DNA from: Longimicrobiales bacterium
Lineage (GTDB): Bacteria; Gemmatimonadota; Gemmatimonadetes; Longimicrobiales; Gaopeijiaceae
Length of the DNA: 64,000 nucleotides
Assembly (NCBI GenBank): GCA_965204735.1
Contig: OZ242008.1
Span: forward strand, 576,001-640,000
Reading direction: 5' to 3'
Part shown: positions 18,909 through 30,700 of the stretch, in pieces
Numbering within the stretch: position 1 is the first letter of the stretch
Layout of the letters: each line of letters starts with the position of its first letter
Translations under genes and position numbers: made by a program
Notes under the pieces: model-generated
Told to the model about the DNA's origin: nothing
Seen by the model: the letters and a program-made list of their open reading frames with translations, nothing else
Database searches by the model: none

Positions 18909-20401
18909 GGCTGACCAGCACGGGCGCCCGGCTGCACCGGTCCGGCGCGAATCCTGCCGAAGCCGGCTCCGCCCCGCCACCTCGCGCGCGTGGACTTTCC
19001 CGTCGCCGGGCCGCGGCGGACCGGGCGTTTGGCCCCGCCACCTCGCGTGGGTGGACCTTCCAAGACGCGCTCTTCCTGGGCCAAGCTCCCGACGGCGGCC
19101 TGTTCGTTCCCGAGCAGCTGGCCCCGCTGCCGCGCGACCAGCTGCGCGCAATGGCCGGAAAGTCCTTCGCCGAGCGGTCGTTGGTCGTCGCCAGCCACCT
19201 CCTTGCCGACGAGATCGCCGAGAACGTCCTGCGCCAAGTCGTCCACGACGCCCTGGACTTTCCGGTTCCCCTGCGGCCCCTGGAACCCGGCGTCCACGTG
19301 CTGGAGCTCTTCCACGGCCCGACCTGCGCCTTCAAGGACGTGGGGGCCCGCTTCATGGCCCGCATGATGTCGGCGCTTCGCCCCGACGCCGACGCCCCGC
19401 TCACGGTCCTGGCCGCCACCTCCGGCGACACGGGCGGCGCCGTGGCCCACGCGTTCCACGGCTTGCCGGGCGCGCGCGTGGTCGTCCTCTACCCCCGGGG
19501 CAGGGTGAGTCCTCGCCAGGAGGCCCAGTTCGCCACCCTCGGCGGCAACGTCGCGGCGGTGGCCGTTCGAGGCGCCTTCGACGACTGCCAGCGACTTGCC
19601 CGGGAGGCCTTCGCCGACCGAACCCTTTGCGCGGCCCACGGACTGACTTCGGCCAACTCCATCAACGTCGGCCGCCTCCTGCCGCAGGTCTTCTACTACG
19701 TGCACGGCTGGGCGGAGCTGGCGACGGGCGAAGCAATGGCCGAACGGGAGCTGGTCGTCTCCGTCCCTTCCGGCAACTTCGGCAACTTGACCGCCGGAGT
19801 CGTGGCCCGGGCGCTGGGCGTGCCGATCTCGCGCTTCGTCGCCGCCACCAATGCCAACTCCGTGGTGCCCGACTACCTGGCGACCGGCGGCTTCCGGCCT
19901 CGCCCGTCCGTGGCCACCCTCTCGAACGCCATGGACGTGGGGGACCCAAGCAACTTCCGCCGCATCCGCCACGCCTTCGGCGGCAACCTGCACGCGATCC
20001 GGACCGTCCTCGCAGGCTCCGCGTGGACGGACGACCAGACCCGGGAGTGCATTCGGGAGCTGTGGCGCGACCAGGCGGTGGCGATCGACCCCCACACCGC
20101 CGTGGGCCTGCTGGGGCTGCGGCAGGAGCTGGCGCGACGCGAAGCGGCCCAGCGGGATGGGGTCCCGCCCGACCCGCCCGGAGCTTTGCCGGGGAGGCGT
20201 TCCAACTCGCGTGGCGCCGCGGGAATCGTTCTGAGCACCGCTCATCCCGCGAAGTTCGCCGAAGTCGTCGAGCCGTTGACGGGACAGCCGGTTCCGGTCC
20301 CGGCCGGGCTGGCGCGGGCGATGGAGCTGCCGCGCCGCTCGGTTGTCGTCGAGCCGAAGCTGGGCGCGCTGATCGAGGTGCTGGAGTCCAGCGGCCCGTA
20401 G
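18905..20401 (+). CDS. thrC: Threonine synthase
   Basis: APDGGLFVP, LELFHGPTCAFKD (PLP Lys), ATSGDTG, SANSINVGRL, PSGNFGN, TAHPAKF; carries two low-complexity insertions. Confidence 0.92.
   Translation: MRLTSTGARLHRSGANPAEAGSAPPPRARGLSRRRAAADRAFGPATSRGWTFQDALFLGQAPDGGLFVPEQLAPLPRDQLRAMAGKSFAERSLVVASHLLADEIAENVLRQVVHDALDFPVPLRPLEPGVHVLELFHGPTCAFKDVGARFMARMMSALRPDADAPLTVLAATSGDTGGAVAHAFHGLPGARVVVLYPRGRVSPRQEAQFATLGGNVAAVAVRGAFDDCQRLAREAFADRTLCAAHGLTSANSINVGRLLPQVFYYVHGWAELATGEAMAERELVVSVPSGNFGNLTAGVVARALGVPISRFVAATNANSVVPDYLATGGFRPRPSVATLSNAMDVGDPSNFRRIRHAFGGNLHAIRTVLAGSAWTDDQTRECIRELWRDQAVAIDPHTAVGLLGLRQELARREAAQRDGVPPDPPGALPGRRSNSRGAAGIVLSTAHPAKFAEVVEPLTGQPVPVPAGLARAMELPRRSVVVEPKLGALIEVLESSGP
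18971..19061. repeat. 30-bp direct repeat pair with 61-bp period inside the 5' end of thrC
   Basis: GCCCCGCCACCTCGCGCGCGTGGACTTTCC (18971-19000) and GCCCCGCCACCTCGCGTGGGTGGACCTTCC (19032-19061), 27/30 identical. Confidence 0.8.
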
Positions 20402-20531
20402 CCTCTTCCGGCAGCAGGCGGCTTCGCCAACCGGCGTCGAACGGCGTGCGCAGGGGTTGAACTCCGGCCCTGATTCGTGATCTTGCAAGCCCCCGAATCA
20501 CTCCCACGGCCCCCACAAGGAGTGTCCGAAA

Positions 20532-21584
20532 ATGGCAGAGTTCGCAGCGAACGTGGTCCGAGTCGGGATCGAGGAGCATCCCAACGCGGACGCCCTGGAG
20601 ATCGGCAAGGTCAACGAGGTGACCGTGATCGTCGCCAAGGGGAAGTACCGAACCGGCGACCTGGCCGCCTACATCCCCGAGGCGGCGATCGTCCCCGACG
20701 ACGTGCTCGAGCTGCTGGGTCTGGTCGGCAAGCTGGCGGGCAAGAAGAAGAACCGGGTCAAGGCGATCAAGCTGCGCGGCGTCGTGTCCGGCGGACTGCT
20801 TCACCCCCTCGGCGTCGGCCGGCTGGAGGGCGCGGAGCTGGCCGAGGGCGACGACGTGACGGAGCTCCTGGGCCTCGTCAAGTACGAGCCGCCGATCCCC
20901 GTGAGCATGGGCGGGCAGGTCTTCGCCGCCCACGGCGCGACGGTCAAGTACGACATCGACAGCGTCCTTCGCTACCCCGAGCTCCTTCCCCGCGAGACGC
21001 CGGTGGTCGTCACGGAGAAGCTCCACGGGACTTGGTGCTGCATGGGCTGGCACCCGGAGTTCGGCGAGATCGTGAGCTCGAAGGGGGTGAGCGCCCGCGG
21101 ACTGGCGTTCCGCCTCGCGGAGGAGAACGCCGGCAACCTGTACGTCCGCGCCTTCCGCGCCCACGAGGAGTGGCTGCTCTCCGTCCTGGGGCGCCACCGA
21201 GAGACGGGGACGCCGTACTACGTCTTGGGCGAGGTCTTCGGCCGCGGCGTGCAGGACCTCCACTACGGCCTGCCCAACCCGGGCTTCCGCGTCTTCGACG
21301 TGCGCGTCGGCCCCCGCTACCTGCCCTGGCCGGAGGTGGAGGCGCTGGCGACGGCCCACGACGGTCCCGGCGTAGTTCCCGTCTTGGGCGTCGTGGAGGA
21401 TTGGCCAGCGGCGGAGAAGCACGTGTCCGGCGCCACGACCTTCGGCGGCGCGCACATCCGAGAGGGCATCGTCATGCGTCCGCGGGACGCGTCCTGGAGC
21501 CTGGGCGACCCGGTGGAACGTCCCATCGCCAAGTGGGTCAGCGACGCCTACCGCGTGAGGAAGGGCGGCACCGACTTCAACTAA
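20532..21584 (+). CDS. ATP-dependent RNA ligase, DRB0094/Rnl5 family
   Basis: N-terminal OB-like domain (HPNADALE, YIPEAAIVP, KLRGVVSGGL); nucleotidyltransferase motifs TEKLHGT, GEVFG, FRVFDV, EGIV, AKWVS; AAGGAG RBS. Confidence 0.88.
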   Translation: MAEFAANVVRVGIEEHPNADALEIGKVNEVTVIVAKGKYRTGDLAAYIPEAAIVPDDVLELLGLVGKLAGKKKNRVKAIKLRGVVSGGLLHPLGVGRLEGAELAEGDDVTELLGLVKYEPPIPVSMGGQVFAAHGATVKYDIDSVLRYPELLPRETPVVVTEKLHGTWCCMGWHPEFGEIVSSKGVSARGLAFRLAEENAGNLYVRAFRAHEEWLLSVLGRHRETGTPYYVLGEVFGRGVQDLHYGLPNPGFRVFDVRVGPRYLPWPEVEALATAHDGPGVVPVLGVVEDWPAAEKHVSGATTFGGAHIREGIVMRPRDASWSLGDPVERPIAKWVSDAYRVRKGGTDFN

Positions 21585-21599
21585 CTTAGCTCAGCTCGG

Positions 21600-21616
21600 A
21601 CGGACGGGTTCCAGCC
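21600..21616 (+). repeat. Left copy of an exact 17-bp direct repeat flanking the giant surface-protein gene
   Basis: ACGGACGGGTTCCAGCC, identical at 35059-35075. Confidence 0.8.
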
Positions 21617-21715
21617 GGAGAGATTGTCCGGTGGTAGCGGTCAGCCAAAAGCAACAGTACTCTTCAAGGGCGAGAGTGCTCTGCAGGGGACGACAGCTGG
21701 GAGATCAGCGGGCGA

Positions 21716-24700
21716 GTGTTCCAGTCCAAGACGATGAGGGCAGCAGTCCCGGGTGTTCGGGACTCGGTGTGCGGTGGCAAGGCGTGGACTGGTGTCGTCA
21801 CCTTCGTATTGCTGGTGTTGATCGGCGCGGCGCCTTCGAGCCGAGCTGAAGCCCACTTCGACGGCGACGGTGTGAGCATTCCGGCGAACGGGCTGAAGCT
21901 GAACGGTGCGGCGGTCAAGGCGAGGAACGGCCCCGCGCTTGACGCGAACCCTGCCCACGGCGCGGCGGAGGGCGGCGCGTCGCGCAAGGTGGACGGCAGC
22001 GGGCACCGGCCGGATGCCGACGGGGACCCGGAGGCAGTGGACGCGGCAAGCAGCGAAACGCCGTCGATTGACGACGTTGGAGACTTTGACGCCGAGCGGG
22101 AAGTGCTTTCGGAAGACGCATCGGCGGTCTTGATGCATCAAGACGTTGATGCGGAGGGCGGCCTGGCAACGGAACCGGTGGTTGGCGCCCAGTCGTCGGC
22201 GCTGACGGTGCAGCGGTTCAACTTCCGCGGCTTGGCGGCCGGCGACAGCACGTACTATCGAGACGAAGTAGTGCGGGTGCGCGTGTTCTTCACGCAACAC
22301 GTCACGGTGAACACGTCGGGCGGCGAGCCGTACCTGGACCTGACGGTGGGCTCGACGACTCGGCGGGCCGACTACGGCTCCTCGCGGCAGAACTACCTGG
22401 ACTTCCGGTACCGGGTGCAGGCGGACGACTTCGACGGCGACGGTGTGAGCGTTCCGGCGAACGGGTTGAAGCTGAACGGCGCGACGGTGATCGCGAGGAA
22501 CAACCCAGCGGTGGTCGCGGACCCTGCGCACGGCGTGGCGGAGGGCGGCTTGTCGCGCAAGGTGGACGGCAGCCAGTTCCGGCCGCCGGGGCTGGCGGTG
22601 GATCGGATCGACTTCCGGAGTGCGCCGGAGGGCGACAGCACGTACTACCGGGACGAGATCGTGCGAGTGCGTGTGTTCTTCACGCAGCAGATCGCGGTGG
22701 ACGCGTCGGGCGGGCTGCCGTCGGTGGACCTGACGGTGGGCACGGAGACGCGGCGTGCGGTGATGGGTTCCAGGAGCTGGAACCAGCACCGGCTGGAGCT
22801 TCGGTACGTGGTACAGGCGGGCGATTTCGACGGCGACGGCGTGAGCGTTCAGGCGAACAGCTTGTCGCTGAACGGGGCGGTGGTGACGGCGCAGGGCGAC
22901 GCTTCGGTCGTGGCGGAGACGGGGCATGGGGCGGTGGAGGGGGGCGCGTCGCAGAAGGTGGACGGCAGCCAGTACCGGCCGCAGGGGCCGACGCTGTCGG
23001 GGGAGGGGGCGAGCGTGGCGGAGGGCGGAGCGGGCGCGGAGACGGACCTCGGGTTCGCTGTGCGTCTAGCGCCGGCGGCTGCGTCTCGAGTGACGGTGGA
23101 GTACGCCGATGCGGGGAGCGGGACGGCGACGTCGGGGGTGGACTACGCGGCGATCGAGGGGGGGACGCTGACGTTCGAGCCGGGCGACACGCTGAAGACG
23201 GTGTGGGTGAAGGTGCGGGGCGACGACGAGGTGGAGGGCGACGAGACGGTGGTGCTGTCGTTGAGCGGCGCGACCGGCGCGGAGCTGGCGACTTCGACGG
23301 TCAGGGGCACGATCGTGAACGACGACGAGGCGGCGCCGGTGCTGACGGTGCAGCGGTTCAACTTCCGCGGCCTGGGAGCCAGCGACAGCACGTACTATCT
23401 GAACGAAGTGGTGCGTGTGCGAGTGTTCTTTACGGAGCATGTGACGGTGGACACGTCGGGTGGCGAGCCGTACCTGGACCTGACGGTGGGCTCGACGACT
23501 CGGCGGGCCGCATACAACTCTTCGCGGCAGAACTACCTGGGCTTCAGCTACCGGGTTCAGGCGGACGACTTCGACGGCGACGGTGTGAGCGTTCCGGCGA
23601 ACGGGCTGAAGCTGAACGGCGCGACGGTGACGGCGAGGAACAACCCAGCGGTGGTCGCGGACCCTGCGCACGGGGTGGCGGAGGGCGGCTTGTCGCGCAA
23701 GGTGGACGGCAGCCAGCTCCGGCCGCAGGGGCCGACGCTCTCTGCGGGGGGGACGAGCGTGGTAGAAGGCGACTCGGGTGCGGAGACGGACCTCGAGTTC
23801 GCGGTGCGACTGGCGCCGCCGGCGGCGTCTCGTGTGACGGTCGACTACGCCGATGCGGGGAGCGGGACGGCGACGTCGGGCGTGGACTACGCGGCGATCG
23901 GGAGCGGGACGCTGACGTTCGAGCCGGGCGACACGCTGCAGACAGTGAGCGTGACGGTGCGGGGCGACGACGAGGTGGAGGACGACGAGACGGTGGTGCT
24001 GTCGTTGAGCGGCGCGACCGGCGCGGAGCTGGCGACTTCGACGGTCAGGGGCACGATCGTGGACGACGACGAGGCGGCGCCGGCGCTGACGGTGCAGCGG
24101 TTCAACTTCCGCGGCCTGGGGGCTGCTGACAGCACGTACTATCTGAACGAAGTGGTGCGTGTGCGCGTGTTCTTCACGGAGCATGTGACGGTGGACACGT
24201 CGGGCGGCGAGCCGTACCTGGACCTGACGGTGGGTTCGACGACTCGGCGGGCCGCATACAACTCCTCGCGGCAGAACTACCTGGGCTTCAGCTACCGGGT
24301 TCAGGCGGACGACTTCGACGGTGACGGCGTGAGCGTTCCGGCGAACGGGCTGAAGCTGAACGGCGCGACGGTGACGGCGAGGAACAACCCAGCGGTGGTC
24401 GCGGACCCTGCGCACGGGGTGGCGGAGGGCGGCTTGTCGCGCAAGGTGGACGGCAGCCAGCTCCGGCCGCAGGGGCCGACGCTCTCTGCGGGCGGGACGA
24501 GCGTGGTCGAGGGCGACTCGGGTGCGGAGACGGACCTCGAGTTCGCGGTGCGACTGGCGCCGGCGGCGGCGTCTCGTGTGACGGTCGACTACGCCGATGC
24601 GGGGAGCGGGACGGCGACATCGGGGGTGGACTACGCGGCGATCGGGAGCGGGACGCTGACGTTCGAGCCGGGCGACACGCTGAAGACGGTGAGCGTGACG

Positions 24701-27700
24701 GTGCGGGGCGACGACGAGGTGGAGGACGACGAGACGGTGGTGCTGTCGCTGAGCGGCGCGACCGGCGCGGAGCTGGCGACTTCGACGGTCAGGGGCACGA
24801 TCGTGGACGACGACGAGGCGGCGCCGGCGCTGACGGTTCAGCGGTTCAACTTCCGCGGCCTGGGGGCTGCTGACAGCACGTACTATCTGAACGAAGTGGT
24901 GCGTGTGCGCGTGTTCTTCACGGAGCATGTGACGGTGGACACGTCGGGCGGCGAGCCGTACCTGGACCTGACGGTGGGCTCGACGACTCGGCGGGCCGCA
25001 TACAACTCCTCGCGGCAGAACTACCTGGGCTTCAGCTACCGGGTTCAGGCGGACGACTTCGACGGTGACGGTGTGAGCGTTCCGGCGAACGGGCTGAAGC
25101 TGAACGGCGCGACGGTGACGGCGAGGAACAACCCAGCGGTGGTCGCGGACCCTGCGCACGGCGTGGCGGAGGGCGGCTTGTCGCGCAAGGTGGACGGCAG
25201 CCAGCTCCGGCCGCAGGGGCCGACGCTCTCTGCGGGGGGGACGAGCGTGGTCGAGGGCGACTCGGGCGCGGAGACGGACCTCGAGTTCGCTGTGCGCCTT
25301 GCGCCGCCGGCGACGGCACGTGTGACGGTGGCGTACGCGGACGCGGGGAGCGGGACGGCGACGTCGGGGGTGGACTACGCGGAGATCGGGAGCGGGACGC
25401 TGACGTTCGAGCCGGGCGACACGCTGCAGACAGTGAGCGTGACGGTGCGGGGCGACGACGAGGTGGAGGACGACGAGACGGTGGTGCTGTCGTTGAGCGG
25501 CGCGACTGGTGCTGAACTGGCGACTTCGACGGTCAGAGGCACGATCGTGGACGACGACGAGGCGGCGCCGGCGCTGACCGTTCAGCGGTTCAACTTCCGC
25601 GGCTTGGGAGCCAGCGACAGCACGTACTATCTGAACGAAGTGGTGCGTGTGCGAGTGTTCTTCACGGAGCACGTGACGGTGGACACGTCGGGCGGCGAGC
25701 CGTACCTGGACCTGACGGTGGGTGCGACGACTCGGCGGGCCGCATACAACTCTTCGCGGCAGAACTACTTGGGCTTCAGCTACCGGGTTCAGGCGGACGA
25801 CTTCGACGGCGACGGCGTGAGCGTTCCGGCGAACGGGTTGAAGCTGAACGGCGCGGCGGTGACGGCGAGGAGCAACCCGGCGGTGGTCGCGGACCCTGCG
25901 CACGGCGTGGCGGAGGGCGGCTTGTCGCGCAAGGTGGACGGCAGCCAGCTCCGGCCGCAGGGGCCGACGCTCTCTGCGGGCGGGACGAGCGTGGTCGAGG
26001 GCGGCTCGGGCGCGGAGACGGACCTCGAGTTCGCTGTGCGCCTTGCGCCGCCGGCGACGTCTCGTGTGACGGTCGCCTACGCCGATGCGGGGAGCGGGAC
26101 GGCGACGTCGGGGGTGGACTACGCGGCGATCGAGGCAGGCACGCTGACGTTCGAGCCGGGCGAGACGTTGAAGACGGTGTGGGTGAAGGTGCGGGGCGAC
26201 GACGAGGTGGAGGACGACGAGACGGTGGTGCTGTCGCTGAGCGGTGCGACCGGCGCGGAGCTGGCGACTTCGACGGTCAGAGGCACGATCGTGGACGACG
26301 ACGAGGCGGCGCCGGCGCTGACGGTGCAGCGGTTCAACTTCCGCGGCTTGGGGGCCAGCGACAGCACGTACTATCTGAACGAAGTGGTGCGTGTGCGCGT
26401 GTTCTTCACGGAGCACGTGACGGTGGACACGTCGGGCGGCGAGCCGTACCTGGACCTGACGGTGGGCTCGACGACTCGGCGGGCCGACTACGGCTCCTCG
26501 CGGCAGAACTACCTGGACTTCCGGTACCGGGTTCAGGCGGACGACTTCGACGGCGACGGCGTGAGCGTTCCGGCGAACGGGCTGAAGCTGAACGGCGCGA
26601 CAGTGACGGCGAGGGACAACCCAGCGGTGGTCGCGGACCCTGCGCACGGCGTGGCGGAGGGCGGCTTGTCGCGCAAGGTGGACGGCAGCCAGCTCCGGCC
26701 GCAGGGGCCGACGCTCTCTGCGGGCGGGACGAGCGTGGTCGAGGGCGACTCGGGTGCGGAGACGGACCTCGAGTTCGCGGTGCGCCTTGCGCCGCCGGCG
26801 ACGGCGCGTGTGACGGTCGACTACGCCGATGCGGGGAGTGGGACGGCGACGTCGGGGGTGGACTACGCGGCGATCGAGGGCGGGACGCTGACGTTCGAGC
26901 CGGGCGACACGCTGCAGACGGTGAGCGTGACGGTGCGGGGCGACGACGAGGTGGAGGGCGACGAGACGGTGGTGCTGTCGTTGAGCGGTGCGACCGGCGC
27001 GGAGCTGGCGACTTCGACGATCACGGGGACGATCGTGGACGACGACGGGCCCGAGCCCCGCGGTCCAACGGTGGAGCGGATCGTCTTCCGCGGCTTGGCG
27101 GCCGGCGACAGCACGTACTACCGGGACGAAGTAGTGAGGGTGCGCGTGCGCTTTTTACAGCACGTCACGGTCGACACGACGGGCGGTGAGCCGTACCTGG
27201 ACCTGACGGTGGGCTCGACGACTCGGCGGGCCGACTACGGCTCTTCAAGGCAGAACTACCTGGACTTCCGGTACAGGGTACAGGCGGGCGACTTCGACGG
27301 CGACGGTGTGAGCATTCCGGCGAACGGGCTGAAGCTGAACGGCGCGACGGTCAAGGCGAGGAACGGCCCCGCGCTTGACGCGAACCCTGCGCACGGCACG
27401 GCGGAGGGCGGCGCGTCGCGCAAGGTGGACGGCAGCGGGCACCGGCCGCAGGGGCCGACGCTCTCTGCGGGCGGGTCGAGCGCGGCGGAGGGCGGTTCGA
27501 ACACAGAGACGGATCTGGAGTTCGCGGTGTGGCTTGGCCCGCCGGCGGCGTCTCGTGTGACGGTGGCGTACGCGGACGCGGGGAGCGGCACGGCGACGTC
27601 GGGGGTGGACTATGCGGCGATCGAAGCAGATACGCTGACGTTCGAGCCGGGCGAGACGCTCAAGACGGTGAGCGTGACGGTGCGGGGCGACGACGAGGTC

Positions 27701-30700
27701 GAGGACGACGAGACGGTGGCTCTGTCGTTGAGCGGCGCGAGTGGCGCCGAGTTGGCCAGCAGGACCGTGACGGGCACGATCGTGGACGACGACGGGTCCA
27801 GGCCGACCGTGTCGATCGACTCGGCCACGGTCCGCGAACCTGGGCCCGGAGAGGCGGTCGCCCTCTCCTTCACGGTGTCGCTCAGCGCGCCGTCGGCCAG
27901 GCAAGTGACGGTCCGGTACGCGGACGCTGGCACGGGCACGGCGACGCCCGGCGGCGACTACGACGCGGTGACGCCCGGCACAGTGGTGTTCGCCGCGGGC
28001 GACACGGTCCAGACGGTGGAAGTGACGGTCAGGGGCGACGTGCTGGACGAGCCGGTCGAGACGATCGTGCTGGCGCTGGCCGGCCCGGTCAACGCGGACA
28101 TTCCGAACGGCGGCGCAAGGGGTGTGGGCACGATCGTGGACGACGACGACGCGCCGACCCTTTCGGCTGACTCGCCTTCGGTCGAAGAGGGCAAAGGCGA
28201 GGGCCGGCGCCTGACGTTCACGCTTGCGCTGGACCGCCCCAGCGGCCGCGGCTTGGCGCTGTACTACGCCGACGCTGGCACGGGCACGGCCACGTCGGGC
28301 GCCGACTATGAGGAAGTTGTGCCGGACACCCTCTTCTTCGAGCCGGGGGAGACGACGAAGTCGATCGACGTGATGGTGGTGGGGGACACGCTTCAGGAAC
28401 TTGACGAGACCGTGGTTCTGCGGCTGTCTGCCGCCGATTCTTCGCTGCTGGCGGTATCCAAGGCGCTGATCGCCGGCACGATCGTAGACGACGACGGCGA
28501 AGACTTGGCGCCTTCGTTCGGCGACGCGGTGGTTCCGGCGCAGCGCTGGGTCCGGGCCTGCGAGGTCCGGGCCGTGCAGCTGCCTGCGGCCGAGGGGGGC
28601 AACACGCCTCTGACGTACGGGCTGGCGCCCGCGCTGCCTCTGGGGCTGGCGTTCGATGCCGGACGTCGGACGATTGCCGGCACGCCCGAGCGGGAGCAGC
28701 CGGTCACCAACTACCGCTACACGGCGACGGACGCGGACGGGGATTCGGCGACGTTGAGCTTCACGGCCCAGGTCGAGTTGCTCGAATGCGGCTTGGAGGC
28801 CGACGGGCTGGATGCCGACGGGGAGCCGGAGGCAGCGGACGCGGCAAGCAGCGAAACGCCGTCGATTGGCGACGCTGGAGACTTTGACGCCGAGCAGGAA
28901 GCGTTTTCGGAGGACGCAACGGCGGTCTCGATGCATCAAGAAGACGATGCGGAGGGCGGTTTGGCAACCGATCCGGTGGTTGGTGCCCAGTCGTCGGCGC
29001 TGACGGTGCAGCGGATCGTCTTCCGCGGCTTGGCGGTGGGCGACAGCACGTACTATCTGAACGAAGTAGTGCGGGTGCGCGTGTTCTTCACGCAGCACGT
29101 CACATTGAACACGTCGGGTGGCAAGCCGTACCTGGACCTGACGGTGGGCACGACGACTCGGCGAGCCGAATTCGGCTCCAAGAGGCAGAACTACCTGGAC
29201 TTCCGGTACAGGGTTCAGGCGGACGACTTCGACGGCGACGGCGTGAGCGTTCCTGCGAGCGGCTTGAAGCTGAACGGCGCGCGGATCACTGCGCAGAACG
29301 ATACTTCGGCCCACGCAAACATCGCTCACGACTCGGCGGCGGGAGGCGCGTCGCGGAAGGTGGACGGCAGCAAGTACCGGCCGCCGAGGGTGCGCAGCGT
29401 GACGTTCACCAACTCGCCGGCCAGTGGCGGCACGTACGGCTACGGCGAGAAGATCGAGGCCACGGTCGCCTTTGACCGTCGCGTGTTGGTGAGCACGACG
29501 GGCGGAACGCCAAGCTTGACGTTGACGATCGGCGCGGGCGCCAGGCAAGCGACGCTGTCCGATCGGCCAGGGACGCGGACGCGGCTGACGTTCTCGTACA
29601 CAGTGCAGGCAGGCGACGTGGCTCCCGGCGGCGCGAGCATCGCGGCCAACGCCTTGCGCCTGAACGGCGGGACGATCACGAGCGACGCCGACAGCGCCAC
29701 CAATGCGGCCCTCGCCCACGGGGGCGTCAGGGCCGACACGACCCGCCGTGTGGACGGTCGGCGGGGACGGCCGCCGAAAGTCGGAGAGATCGCCTTCGGC
29801 GCACCGGCCCCGACGGACAGCGTCTACTACCGGGGCGACTCGATCACGGTGCGCGTGGCGTTCGACGACTCGGTCGCGGTGGACACGACGAGCGGCAAGC
29901 CGCAAGTGGCGTTGACGATCGGGACGGCGACGCGACAGGCGGCGCTTTCGGCGCGCGCGGGAAAGACGCTGGACTTCGTGTACGTCGTGCAGGCGACGGA
30001 CCGGGATTCGGACGGCGTGAGCATCGCGGCCAACGCGCTGGCGCTGAACGGCGCGACGATAAGGGGAACGGGGGCTGCGGCGGCCCGCAACGCCGACGTG
30101 ACGCATCCGCCAGTGGCGGCGAGCGCGGCGCGGACGGTCGACGGAAGCAAGGTGGGGGCGCCGAAGGTCAGCAGCGTGGCGTTCGCCGGCTTGCCGCCCG
30201 ACGGCGACACCTACCACTACGGCGACGAGGTTCGGGTCCAGGTCGTCTTTGACGGGAGGGTTGCGGTGGACACGGTCGGAGGGAAGCCGCAGCTCGCGCT
30301 GTCGATGGGGACGCGGCGACGGCAAGCGGTCTTTGCGCCTTCAGCGAGCACGGGCACGACTCTTGTGTTTGCGTACAGGGTGCAGTCGGCGGACGTGGAC
30401 AGCGACGGGGCGAGCATCGCGGCGAACGCGTTGGCGCTGAACGGCGGCTCGATCAAAGCCGAAGCGGACAGCGCGACGGCGGCGCTTGTGACGCACGATT
30501 CGCTGGCGGCCGACCCGGCGAGGAAGGTGGACGGCAGGCCACGGATCACGAGTCTGGAGTTCTACGATCCGCCTTCGAGCGTCCTGCCGTCGGCGGGCGT
30601 GTACGGATTCGGAGAGCGGATACGGATACTGGCGCGCTACGATCAGAAGTTGATTTTGGACGATAGGGCGTGGGTGTCGCTGGAAGTGGGGACGGACACG

